Below, in pieces: positions 7,724 to 15,444 of a DNA stretch of 20,000 bases. The first letter of the stretch is position 1. Every line of letters begins with the position of its first letter. The DNA lies in IMG/VR virus record IMGVR_UViG_3300017975_000001; one strand, given 5' to 3'. The position numbers and the translations under genes were made by a program. Under the pieces are notes generated by a model. That model searched no databases, was not told the origin of the DNA, and worked only from the letters and a program-made list of their open reading frames with translations. This DNA is from an uncultured virus (IMG/VR IMGVR_UViG_3300017975_000001) (Duplodnaviria > Heunggongvirae > Uroviricota > Caudoviricetes).

Positions 7724-8206
7724 TCAAGGTGCAATGCCGTGAACTCGCTGGGTAATCCCATTACGTTGGATCTCCAAAGTCACGGATTCCTGCTTCAGTT
7801 CTCTCGCGATTTTCTCAGCCAGCTCGATCATCTGAGCCTCGAAGTTAGCCTCAGACAAACCTGCCGTATCGATGATCAAGACCTGTGCGCCGTCCTCATC
7901 GACAATCTTACTGTCTGGATCTCGATGCCGATAGATTCCATGCTGCGCAATGAAGGTCGCGCTCGGGTCGCCTGTCTGCGCTTCGCGCACCCGGCGAACA
8001 ATAGGCACGAGATCATCGATAGTCCATGTTGGCTCATCGCCGACGTTGAATCCGACGATGATTCGCGCAGCCAAGGTGTCGCTCGACGTCCAAAGCGCCC
8101 TTTCCAAGTTTGCACGGCCTGTTTGCAAGCGACCACGTGGATAGAAGACGCCTCCACCTATAGGACTACGCCAGCGAAAAACGCCTAGATTGCATGGGTA
8201 GTGCAT
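7724..8206 (-). CDS. DUF3574-like / phage SAM-lyase-like protein
   Basis: ATFIAQHGIYRH...IVDEDGAQVLII...LAEKIARELKQESVTLEI fits the G-x-(Y/W)...E...Q-(E/D)-x-V pattern. Confidence 0.5.
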   Translation of the reverse strand: MHYPCNLGVFRWRSPIGGGVFYPRGRLQTGRANLERALWTSSDTLAARIIVGFNVGDEPTWTIDDLVPIVRRVREAQTGDPSATFIAQHGIYRHRDPDSKIVDEDGAQVLIIDTAGLSEANFEAQMIELAEKIARELKQESVTLEIQRNGITQRVHGIAP

Positions 8207-8237
8207 AGCTGCCTTTACGAAGGTAACGCAACTCCCA

Positions 8238-8429
8238 TCAAGTTTCGCGTCGATCGCGCACGCGACGGTAGGTTCGGGCTATCGACAGCCCGATAGCGAC
8301 GCCTGTGACCAAGCACAGCATGTCGACTACCAAGACGTCGTTGTCGCTGACGACGCCCATGAAGCAGAGAATGAACGAGAGAACGGCGATGATCGTGAAA
8401 CGGCGCTTGTCGGTGGCAGTAATGCTCAT
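8238..8429 (-). CDS. Small membrane protein with two TM helices
   Basis: Two hydrophobic stretches and a basic C-terminus. Confidence 0.6.
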   Translation of the reverse strand: MSITATDKRRFTIIAVLSFILCFMGVVSDNDVLVVDMLCLVTGVAIGLSIARTYRRVRDRRET

Positions 8430-8700
8430 GGCCTAGTTGGAACGTCCGTGACTTGCAGCTTATTCGCTTGTCGAGAGTACCATGTGCTAGGGCGGTGGAT
8501 CTGCTGATTTTCGCTGGTGTGGCATGCGCTGGAGCTGTCAGCCAAGCAGCGCCGCAGGCGCTTGTACGTGAACCCAAAGACTGCTACGGTCTGACTGCGA
8601 TGCAGTGTGTAGCCCTGGTCTTGACGGCTCTTTAGGTATGACCTGACGTCATTCGTCTGCGTCTGTTCACTAAAGCAACCGATCGACCGAGGAGCTAGTC

Positions 8701-9367
8701 ATGGGCATCATCGTAGAAATTCGTAGCGCGGAAGGCGGCGACGACGCGAAAGAGCTAGTTCGCGAGCAGTTCGCCATCTACGGCAAACTGGCCGTACGGA
8801 GGTCTCTTTGACCTCGAACTCATCGAAGAGCGTGCAGGCTTCATTGCGTTTCGTGTAACCGGCCGCGGTGCGCTCGAAACGTTCAAGGACGAACCAGGCG
8901 GGCATCGTTGGCAACGCGTGCCGCCCAACGAGAAGCGCGGTCGCGTTCACACCAGCACAGTAACGGTTGCCGTTCTGCCCGAGCCAGAGGCTGCACAAGT
9001 CGTCTTACGAGAAGCTGACCTGGATTTCTCGACATGCCGTGGCTCGGGTGCAGGCGGTCAGCACCGCAACAAGACTGAGAGTGCCGTCGTGCTGAAGCAT
9101 CTACCCACCGGCTTGATCGTTCGCTGTGAGAACGAACGAAGCCAAGCACAGAACAAAGAAACTGCCAGGTTAGTGCTTCGCGCGCGGCTATGGCAGCTCG
9201 AACAGGAACGCGTTTCCGGTGCACGTGCAGACGATCGTAAACGGCAACTTGGGACGGGCATGAGAGGCGATAAGCGCCGGACAATCCGTACCCAAGATGG
9301 CATCGTCAACGACCACGTGACGGGCCGCCAATGGCAGTTCAAGCAGTACGCGCGTGGCGATTGGTGA
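8701..9367 (+). CDS. Class I peptide chain release factor homologue (RF1-like, lacking domain 1), about 221 aa, made by +1 programmed frameshift: join(8701..8808,8810..9367)
   Basis: GAGGAG RBS before ATG 8701. Frame 0 gives MGIIVEIRSAEGGDDAKELV...RRSL then TGA. The +1 frame continues DLELIEERAGFIAFRVTGRGALETFKDEPGGHRWQRVPPNEKRGRVHTSTVTVAVLPE...RGSGAGGQHRNKTESAV...ERSQAQNK...RGDKRRT. Both parts are colinear with RF domains 2-4. Confidence 0.93.
8798..8812 (+). promoter_or_regulatory. prfB-type +1 ribosomal frameshift cassette
   Basis: Internal SD GGAGG (8798-8802), 3-nt spacer TCT, then CTT TGA C (8806-8812); same layout as E. coli prfB AGGGGG-TAT-CTT-TGA-C. Confidence 0.92.
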
Positions 9368-9381
9368 TAGCTTCAGATCGG

Positions 9382-9672
9382 ATGAACAAGACCATCCTTC
9401 ATCAGGGACTGACACTTCAGCCGCTGACGGCTGATGTCGTTGCGCGCTTACCGGATCTCGATCCGAATACGTACGACGCAATGGCAGTGAACAACGCATG
9501 GATCGATTTCAGCGGTAATCGACGACCAGCTAAGTTGATCAGCCAAGCCTACCGACCTGGCGACGAGTTCTACTATTGGGACGGCCCTTGGGGCATGCTC
9601 TCTGGAAGCCGTGGCATCGCCGTTGTTAGACACGGCGTTGTAGTAGCTACATTCACGACGCTCGTTTCCTGA
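9382..9672 (+). CDS. Hypothetical protein (…PGDEFYYWDGPWGMLSGSRGIAVVRHG…)
   Basis: ATG 9382 lies 14 nt after the RF stop; TGATG overlap with the kinase-like gene. Confidence 0.7.
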   Translation: MNKTILHQGLTLQPLTADVVARLPDLDPNTYDAMAVNNAWIDFSGNRRPAKLISQAYRPGDEFYYWDGPWGMLSGSRGIAVVRHGVVVATFTTLVS

Positions 9673-10373
9673 TGCTCGACGCTGATCTTGAGCCGTACCC
9701 TTGGATCCCGTCACGAGCAAAACTCGAAGAATGGGCTGACGAACCAGTTGGTACTGTGCTTGGCTGCGCTGCCTGGGGCTGTGTCTTTCAGTTGGCTGAC
9801 AGTCGCGTTCTCAAGATTACTAGCGACGAAGATGAAGTCGCTGCCGTCGAAGCCATCGAAGAAGCGCGAGCTGTTGACGCAGCTCTTCCTGGCATCATGC
9901 ACGTCTTCGAGCCGCCTGACATCTTGGGTAAGCTTCCCAAGAGCTACTGGACGCGCGGACCGAGCGGCGCTCTGACCAAGACAACGATCTACGCCTACGT
10001 TCGCGAAGAGGTCGTGCCGCTACCAGACGACTTCGAGCCAGAGCAACGGTACCGTCGCGGCAAGTCGCCATACGAGTATGAGAAATCGGCACTCGGCATC
10101 GTGACGGACGTAGCTGACGACATCATGCGCGGCAAGGGCAAGCTATCAGCGCTACGCGACGAGTATTTGAAGTGGGTCGATGTTGCGAGCCACGAGTATC
10201 CATTTCAGGCGGTGGCGTTGTCACTGGGCCGCCTCGCAATGGATTTCGGCGTCTACTTGTACGACGTCGACACCAACAACATCGGGCTTACAGCCGCAGG
10301 TACGCCTGCGCTGTTCGACTTCATGCTTGCACGGCCGCCGAAGAAGAAATCGAAGTCGAAGGGAGGCGCGTAG
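9672..10373 (+). CDS. Protein-kinase-like (Ser/Thr or APH-like) protein
   Basis: LGCAAWGCVF Gly loop, VLKIT lysine, DEDE, YVREEV hinge, LYDVDTNNIG catalytic loop (DxxxxN), ALFDF. Confidence 0.75.
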   Translation: MLDADLEPYPWIPSRAKLEEWADEPVGTVLGCAAWGCVFQLADSRVLKITSDEDEVAAVEAIEEARAVDAALPGIMHVFEPPDILGKLPKSYWTRGPSGALTKTTIYAYVREEVVPLPDDFEPEQRYRRGKSPYEYEKSALGIVTDVADDIMRGKGKLSALRDEYLKWVDVASHEYPFQAVALSLGRLAMDFGVYLYDVDTNNIGLTAAGTPALFDFMLARPPKKKSKSKGGA

Positions 10374-10376
10374 CCC

Positions 10377-10697
10377 GTGATTTCCCGTCGAGGTCTTCTG
10401 CGTGGACTGGCTGCCGCAGTTGCGGTCAAAGCGCTACCGAAGATGCGCGCTTTGCCATTGCTCACCGACGGCTCACCGATGGAGGACTTTCTACATACGG
10501 TTGAGCGCGATAAGCAGGCTCAGCTAGCGCAGCTGCTGGCAAAGTGGCCGTGGTTGATGTTGGGCGTTTGGCCCTTGTCTTTACCTCAATCCGGCAAAGC
10601 AAGCGTAGAGATGAACGCTAACGCTCACACAATGTCGCTGTCAAATTCTGATCGAAAGGCAAAGCCCATGCTAGCGAAGCAAGCACAAGTGCCGTGA
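10377..10697 (+). CDS. Hypothetical protein with twin-arginine-like N-terminus
   Basis: GGAGG RBS; MISRRGLLRGLAAAVAVKA. Confidence 0.55.
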   Translation: MISRRGLLRGLAAAVAVKALPKMRALPLLTDGSPMEDFLHTVERDKQAQLAQLLAKWPWLMLGVWPLSLPQSGKASVEMNANAHTMSLSNSDRKAKPMLAKQAQVP

Positions 10698-10716
10698 TCG
10701 CTCCAAAGGAGGCTCG

Positions 10717-11013
10717 ATGACCTGGCAACCCGTTTACCCATTCCCGAAGCTCCCAGGAGGCTACAGTGTGCTCCTGGAGCGACGTTCTGACGACGACCTC
10801 GCCGTCACACCGCCTCGCTACCGCGCGATCCTGATCGCGAGTGTGAGCGGTCCCGGAGAGACCAAGTACACAGCCCTGGCAGCGCTCGCCGACAAGCTCG
10901 AAGCGATAGCGAGGAACATCCGCGCTGAGCGTGCACGTCAGATCGACGAGGACGAAGGACCGATCGGCATCCACGGTTTCGCTGGGTCACTACACAAGAG
11001 GAAGAAGCCGTGA
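10717..11013 (+). CDS. Hypothetical protein
   Basis: Strong AAGGAGG RBS; 98 aa. Confidence 0.75.
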   Translation: MTWQPVYPFPKLPGGYSVLLERRSDDDLAVTPPRYRAILIASVSGPGETKYTALAALADKLEAIARNIRAERARQIDEDEGPIGIHGFAGSLHKRKKP

Positions 11014-11032
11014 GGAACGACGAGCGCCTACC

Positions 11033-11608
11033 CTACTCCCAGTTTCGTTCGTACTCGACGGGATCCCATAAGCCGACGTTGACGAAGTCGAAGCCGTACA
11101 TCTGACAGACTTTCTGTTCGGCGAATTTGTTGCCTTGGTACAAGTAGGTGCAGACTTGCCCGACGATTTCTACAAAGAGCGCTAGCCTGGCCTTTGGCGG
11201 TGCGATCTTCACGTGGCGGTTGTAGGCGCCCATCTCGCCACGCAGTGTGAACGGGTGTCCGCCCGCTAGATGGATCATGTAGTCGTGGACGGCGCGAAAC
11301 CGCCAATTGTCTTCAGGCGACCAGACACCGTGATCACTCGCGCCCGTCCAGATCAACATGCGGCGGTTGGTTTCGATGTCATGTTGCATCGATGCAAAAT
11401 CGGGATACGGATCTACGTCCGTGAAGATAACCTCGACCTTGCGCGACATCTGTTTGAACAGCCGGTTAGTGCTCTCTCGTAGTGAGAGCCACGAAGGGAC
11501 GGCCTCCGATTCGTACACAGGTCGTGCGAGATATGCCTCGGCCACGACCGGCACGAACTTCGTGTAGTCGGGTAGCGCGAGTCGGCCAAATGGATCGGCG
11601 AAGCGCAT
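11033..11608 (-). CDS. Phage-type protein with HDxxxH...GE putative metal-binding motif
   Basis: DPY...NWRFRAVHDYMIH...FTLRGEMGAYNRH...LFVEIVGQ...FAEQK; ATG 11608 just after the upstream stop. Confidence 0.7.
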   Translation of the reverse strand: MRFADPFGRLALPDYTKFVPVVAEAYLARPVYESEAVPSWLSLRESTNRLFKQMSRKVEVIFTDVDPYPDFASMQHDIETNRRMLIWTGASDHGVWSPEDNWRFRAVHDYMIHLAGGHPFTLRGEMGAYNRHVKIAPPKARLALFVEIVGQVCTYLYQGNKFAEQKVCQMYGFDFVNVGLWDPVEYERNWE

Positions 11609-11610
11609 AA

Positions 11611-11904
11611 CTACGCACCGTCCGTCATGCAAGCGATCGCGCTGCTGGCGTCTTTTGCACGCCTGACCGTGCTTCCGAAGGCGCTTCCTAAAGCGCTACC
11701 CATTAGCGCAGCTCCCAAGGTTTTAATCAGGCGGTCTGGGTCATCTTTGGGAACTAGGTGTCTAGCTGCACCACCTACCAATATGCTTCCCAATAATCCG
11801 TAGCCGAGGTAGTAGACAAAATTTCGTGCACTGCTGTGCTTGACGCGGCAAACACGTTGACGCGTGTCGGACAAGTTTCGTCGATAGTGGCGCAATGAAC
11901 GCAC
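11611..11904 (-). CDS. Small membrane protein with glycine-zipper-like helices
   Basis: LGYGLLGSILVGG and LGAALMGSALGSAFG; GTG 11904 just after the upstream stop. Confidence 0.6.
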   Translation of the reverse strand: MRSLRHYRRNLSDTRQRVCRVKHSSARNFVYYLGYGLLGSILVGGAARHLVPKDDPDRLIKTLGAALMGSALGSAFGSTVRRAKDASSAIACMTDGA

Positions 11905-11906
11905 GG

Positions 11907-12668
11907 TCAGTTCGTTCGCCAATACACGAGCCCGCTGTCGGTCTCGTACGACTTACCATCGTAGTGAGCCAGAAAGTGCTCCCAGCCGTCGACATTGATG
12001 GCTTCCTCTGCTGCAGCCGCAATGTCGATGCCGACAGCCTCGATAGCATGTTTAGGCGCCTCGGCGCGACCGTAGATGTCTTCGAAGAAGCTCATCGGAT
12101 TTTGGGAAGCGTCCTCGGCGTAAGCTTCCTTGACCTTGTCGATCATCTTCGAGCTAGGTTCGGGCATCTCGCCTTCTTCATCGGGTTCGGGAACATCGAG
12201 ACCAAATTGTTCAGCGAGCCGCCAAAAGTCATCGACTTGGCGCTCGGCTATCTCGTCGACGTAGTCATCTTCCATGCGCGCGTCGTATACCCACTTCTTG
12301 AGCGCCTCTTGATCGATGTGCGACTGGATGAAATTAGGATTGAAAAGCTCGGGCTCGTTTTCGAGATCTTCTGTAACACGTGCAAGCGCAATCTCCCGAG
12401 CCGTGTCCTCGTCCGGTACGACAACCCACTCTTTGCGGCCTAAGCTCACTTCGAAGGATTCATCGTATGGGCGCTCTTCGGTCACCACTAGGTCCGAGGG
12501 TGAGACGTCTAAAGCGCGAGCCATGTCGAGCTGGACGATCAGATCCTGAATTCCTTCTTGTAGAGCGTGGTCTCGCGCAACGTCCCAATCCTCTCGCTTA
12601 TCGCTAGCGATCAATTCCTCGATCGGCTTACTGAGCTTCACCGTGCGCTTGCTTGGCTTCTTCGCCAT
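11907..12668 (-). CDS. Acidic hypothetical protein
   Basis: 253 aa, D/E-rich with a basic N-terminus; extended -10 motif 6 nt upstream. Confidence 0.8.
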   Translation of the reverse strand: MAKKPSKRTVKLSKPIEELIASDKREDWDVARDHALQEGIQDLIVQLDMARALDVSPSDLVVTEERPYDESFEVSLGRKEWVVVPDEDTAREIALARVTEDLENEPELFNPNFIQSHIDQEALKKWVYDARMEDDYVDEIAERQVDDFWRLAEQFGLDVPEPDEEGEMPEPSSKMIDKVKEAYAEDASQNPMSFFEDIYGRAEAPKHAIEAVGIDIAAAAEEAINVDGWEHFLAHYDGKSYETDSGLVYWRTN

Positions 12669-12728
12669 GCTTCGACGCTACCACGGATCGCATGCGCGAT
12701 CGTCGAAATGCCGTGGTAGTATCGCGAC
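12669..12728. promoter_or_regulatory. Divergent pair of extended -10 (leaderless-type) promoters
   Basis: Minus: TG-G-TAGCGT-N6-ATG(12668). Plus: TG-G-TAGTAT-N6-ATG(12729). No SD on either side. Confidence 0.65.
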
Positions 12729-13280
12729 ATGGCCAAGATCCGGCACCACGATCCACATCGAGGAAATTGCATCATCCTCAGCGCAGACAAAGAGCATCCA
12801 GTTTCATCGAAGCTCTGCGCAGACGGTAGCCTCGAACAGATGGGAATCTCCGGTGAAGGCTTTCAACGCGAGATCGGTATCAGCCGTCATACGGAGGCTG
12901 AGGGCAAGTCCTGTTGGGAGCTGCATCTCTACCAGCACCCTGGCATTCGTCGCATCGTACCGCTCGGCTGTTCACGCGATCGCAACAAGGCGCCTGCCAA
13001 TGCACGCTTGATGGCACGTGCCTTTCACAAGCTTGCTGAGCAAGGCTACGACCCGCGTGAAGCGGAAAGTAGCGGGCGTATTGGCGGTAGCCCGCGTGGA
13101 CGTAACTGGCACCAGATGATGCTGCCTGCACTTTGCGGCGAGCCTACGGAGAAGTCGATCATCGCGGGCCTCAAGGACTACGTGACCTGGCCCAACAAGT
13201 CATACGGCAAGGCCGATTCCGATTTGACCGAAGGGCTCGGGCGCGGCCGTCGTGTGCTGCGCAGACGACGATTTCGATAG
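12729..13280 (+). CDS. Hypothetical protein with Arg-rich tail
   Basis: 183 aa ending LGRGRRVLRRRRFR. Confidence 0.7.
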   Translation: MAKIRHHDPHRGNCIILSADKEHPVSSKLCADGSLEQMGISGEGFQREIGISRHTEAEGKSCWELHLYQHPGIRRIVPLGCSRDRNKAPANARLMARAFHKLAEQGYDPREAESSGRIGGSPRGRNWHQMMLPALCGEPTEKSIIAGLKDYVTWPNKSYGKADSDLTEGLGRGRRVLRRRRFR

Positions 13281-13296
13281 GTGGTAGGATGCAGCT

Positions 13297-13572
13297 ATGA
13301 GTCGCGCACGAAAGATCAAAGGCAACTTTTGCGAACGAGAGCTAGCATCCAAAGGCGAGTTCGATCGCCGCAGCTTTCGCTACAAGAAGTCAGGCAAGAG
13401 CTGGCTCTTGATCGGCTGTCCCAAAGGCAAGTGGAGCGCCAAAGGCACGAAGACGGTCAAAGGTAAGCGCAAGAAGGGCCGCTGCCGCGTGGGCACACGC
13501 GCTCATAAGATCCTCGTGAACGCACCGCGTGGCGCAGCGTGTCCCGTCGGCGCTCACCGCATCGTCAAGTAG
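13297..13572 (+). CDS. Highly basic small protein
   Basis: 91 aa, K/R-rich; TG-G-TAGGAT-N6-ATG. Confidence 0.7.
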   Translation: MSRARKIKGNFCERELASKGEFDRRSFRYKKSGKSWLLIGCPKGKWSAKGTKTVKGKRKKGRCRVGTRAHKILVNAPRGAACPVGAHRIVK

Positions 13573-13613
13573 GAATATGGCGAAGCGTATCTACAGGTGA
13601 TAAGGTCGCTGCT

Positions 13614-13760
13614 ATGGCTGCTAAGTACAAATTCTGCGTGTACACGCTGCCGCCAGGGCAACTACCTGAAAAGCTCGTAACGTGCTTCAAGACGAAGAAG
13701 GCAGCGAAGCGGTATGCGCGCCGTGAGCGGTACTTGCAGGTCGTTAGGCGTCCTCGCTAG
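13614..13760 (+). CDS. Small basic protein (MAAKYKFCVY...)
   Basis: TG-A-TAAGGT-N7-ATG 13614; next gene starts 2 nt after the stop. Confidence 0.6.
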   Translation: MAAKYKFCVYTLPPGQLPEKLVTCFKTKKAAKRYARRERYLQVVRRPR

Positions 13761-13762
13761 CC

Positions 13763-14134
13763 ATGCCCAAGGCCCAAGCCAAACGTGCTTGTCGCTTCAC
13801 AGTCGGTACGTCTATGGGGCGCAATCAGACGATGTTTCCTGTCAGTCGCGCGGGTTGGAAAGATGCGATCGCCCACGCACTGAAACGCGCCAAGGGCGGG
13901 CACGATGTCTACGACATCAACTTCTCGTGCGGCCAAGACGATCCATTCGGACCGCGAAGCCTCTTTTTAGTGACGTGTGCGACAGGCTATAAATCACAGG
14001 AGTACGTCGATCCGAACGATCCGCGCAACCCAAGCATCTGCACGACAGCCTATGCGCAGCGTCCGATTAGAGATTCAGATCAGACGGCGCCCGTACTAGC
14101 ACGCAGGCGCCGACAAGTACGCTACCGTCCGTAG
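13763..14134 (+). CDS. Hypothetical protein with Arg-rich tail
   Basis: 123 aa ending VLARRRRQVRYRP. Confidence 0.65.
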   Translation: MPKAQAKRACRFTVGTSMGRNQTMFPVSRAGWKDAIAHALKRAKGGHDVYDINFSCGQDDPFGPRSLFLVTCATGYKSQEYVDPNDPRNPSICTTAYAQRPIRDSDQTAPVLARRRRQVRYRP

Positions 14135-14592
14135 CGTTGTTCTTGGTACCGCTCTCGACGGGCGGCAGCTCGATCAGTCAAGATCTCGTCAGCGTGCATA
14201 GCTGCGTCGTACCAAAGCTTCGCCTCGGCATTTTGCCGTGCTGCTTTTTTGAGTGGCCGCACCCATGAGGATTCCCATGCGGGCACCTCGACTGGATAGC
14301 CATCTTCTGGGTCGATCTCAGTCTCCCATTCAAGCTGGTCCCAATCTCTTTCGATTGTCTCTGCTATCTTGATGAGCGCATCGTAGATGCGGTCACCACC
14401 CACTTGCGTACGTAGGAGCTGACGCAGCGTCTTTACCGTTTTGCGTGGCGCTAACCGTGAGATCGGCGGGAAGTTTCCCCATGCTACAAGCGCGAGATCC
14501 CAAGCAGCAAGGATAGGCTGCTTCGCACCGAACTCTTCGACTACACCGACGAGCAGATTCGCGAGGAGCCCAGGCGCGATGTCACGCGGCAT
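14122..14592 (-). CDS. Hypothetical protein
   Basis: 156 aa; TG-A-TAGCCT-N6-ATG. Confidence 0.7.
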   Translation of the reverse strand: MPRDIAPGLLANLLVGVVEEFGAKQPILAAWDLALVAWGNFPPISRLAPRKTVKTLRQLLRTQVGGDRIYDALIKIAETIERDWDQLEWETEIDPEDGYPVEVPAWESSWVRPLKKAARQNAEAKLWYDAAMHADEILTDRAAARRERYQEQRYGR

Positions 14593-14653
14593 GCTGCAAG
14601 GCTATCACGTTGCATGCACGCGCGATCTGGCAGCGGTATCGCTACCGTAAACA

Positions 14654-14682
14654 GAAAAGGCGCGCCTTGAGCGCGCCTTTTC
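14654..14682. terminator. Intrinsic terminator, potentially bidirectional
   Basis: GAAAAGGCGCGC-CTTGA-GCGCGCCTTTTC, about 20 nt after the stop of 14702-14872. Confidence 0.8.
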
Positions 14683-14701
14683 GAGCCTCTAAAGAGGCAG
14701 T

Positions 14702-14872
14702 TCACTTCTTCTTAGGCGCCTTGCCGAACTTGGCGCAGACGCGTCTGCCTCGCTTGCCGCGTTTGAAGCGCAAGCAGTGCATGCCCTTGGGGCCCGATCC
14801 ATGGCCGCCACTGAGCCCACGACGGCGACGACGACGACCACGACGACCGAGACCGAAACTGTTCATGTCCAT
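14702..14872 (-). CDS. Protamine-like Arg/Lys-rich peptide, 56 aa
   Basis: GAGGAG RBS; MDMNSFGLGRRGRRRRRRGLSGGHGSGPKGMHCLRFKRGKRGRRVCAKFGKAPKKK; followed by its own terminator. Confidence 0.75.
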   Translation of the reverse strand: MDMNSFGLGRRGRRRRRRGLSGGHGSGPKGMHCLRFKRGKRGRRVCAKFGKAPKKK

Positions 14873-14984
14873 TGGTATTGACTCCTCGGTAGTCGAAGAT
14901 CGCATACGCGATCAAAAGCGTCAAGTCGACCGTTTCAAACCACACAGCCGTGATCGCCGATCGCGACGTGGCCGGAAATGCTTA

Positions 14985-15230
14985 TCAGCTTGGGTCGTCT
15001 TTCCCGAGCCAGATGAGCTTCAGCGTCTGGACGGCACTCTCGAAAGAGACGCCTGATCGCTTGGCAGCATCGACGGCAACGATGAATGCCATTGGCACGA
15101 CCACGTTGCGAGGGAAGCCGCGATCGGTCCAGCGATCGAATAGCTTGGTGAAGTCCGCCTCGATCGCATTAGCAGTTGCTTCTTCAGTTGGAGAGAGTCG
15201 ATTGTCGTCGACGTGAATTGACGGTTCCAT
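14985..15230 (-). CDS. Hypothetical protein (MEPSIHVDDNRL...)
   Basis: The protein-like part of the 139 aa ORF starts at ATG 15230; the upstream part overlaps another gene. Confidence 0.6.
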   Translation of the reverse strand: MEPSIHVDDNRLSPTEEATANAIEADFTKLFDRWTDRGFPRNVVVPMAFIVAVDAAKRSGVSFESAVQTLKLIWLGKDDPS

Positions 15231-15279
15231 GATTTGCGGTCGTTCTATTACCGCATTTGACGGACAATGGGAAGACTGA

Positions 15280-15438
15280 TTAGTAGCTGAGCTTCTGGGC
15301 CAAAGCTCGAACTTTGCACTTTGCGCACTCGTAGACGGTCTGCACGGCATTCCAGGCGGAGATGTAGCCTTTGAGTCTGCGTTTGCGGGCTTGCAGCTTT
15401 CCACCGCATAGTGGACAGAAATTTAGGATCCGTGCCAT
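15280..15438 (-). CDS. Small zinc-ribbon protein, 52 aa
   Basis: Not in the track. MARILNFCPLCGGKLQ...VYECAKCKVRALAQKLSY fills the gap between genes. Confidence 0.65.
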   Translation of the reverse strand: MARILNFCPLCGGKLQARKRRLKGYISAWNAVQTVYECAKCKVRALAQKLSY

Positions 15439-15444
15439 GAGACG

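Noticed and set aside
656..8188. Many overlapping plus-strand ORFs in the track
   Set aside because: They lie antisense to a coherent, coupled run of minus-strand genes and lack RBSs or motifs, as expected for GC-rich shadow ORFs.
8495..8635. 46-aa hydrophobic ORF upstream of the RF gene
   Set aside because: No RBS or motif; cannot be told apart from chance.
8918..9367. Track ORF read as a stand-alone ArfB-like or truncated release factor, or as a pseudogene
   Set aside because: RF similarity continues upstream to 8810 and, after a one-base shift, to ATG 8701 with an RBS; the break falls exactly on a canonical prfB-type signal.
10717..11013. HicB-like motif (GETKYTALAAL)
   Set aside because: Match is too short and there is no HicA-like neighbour.
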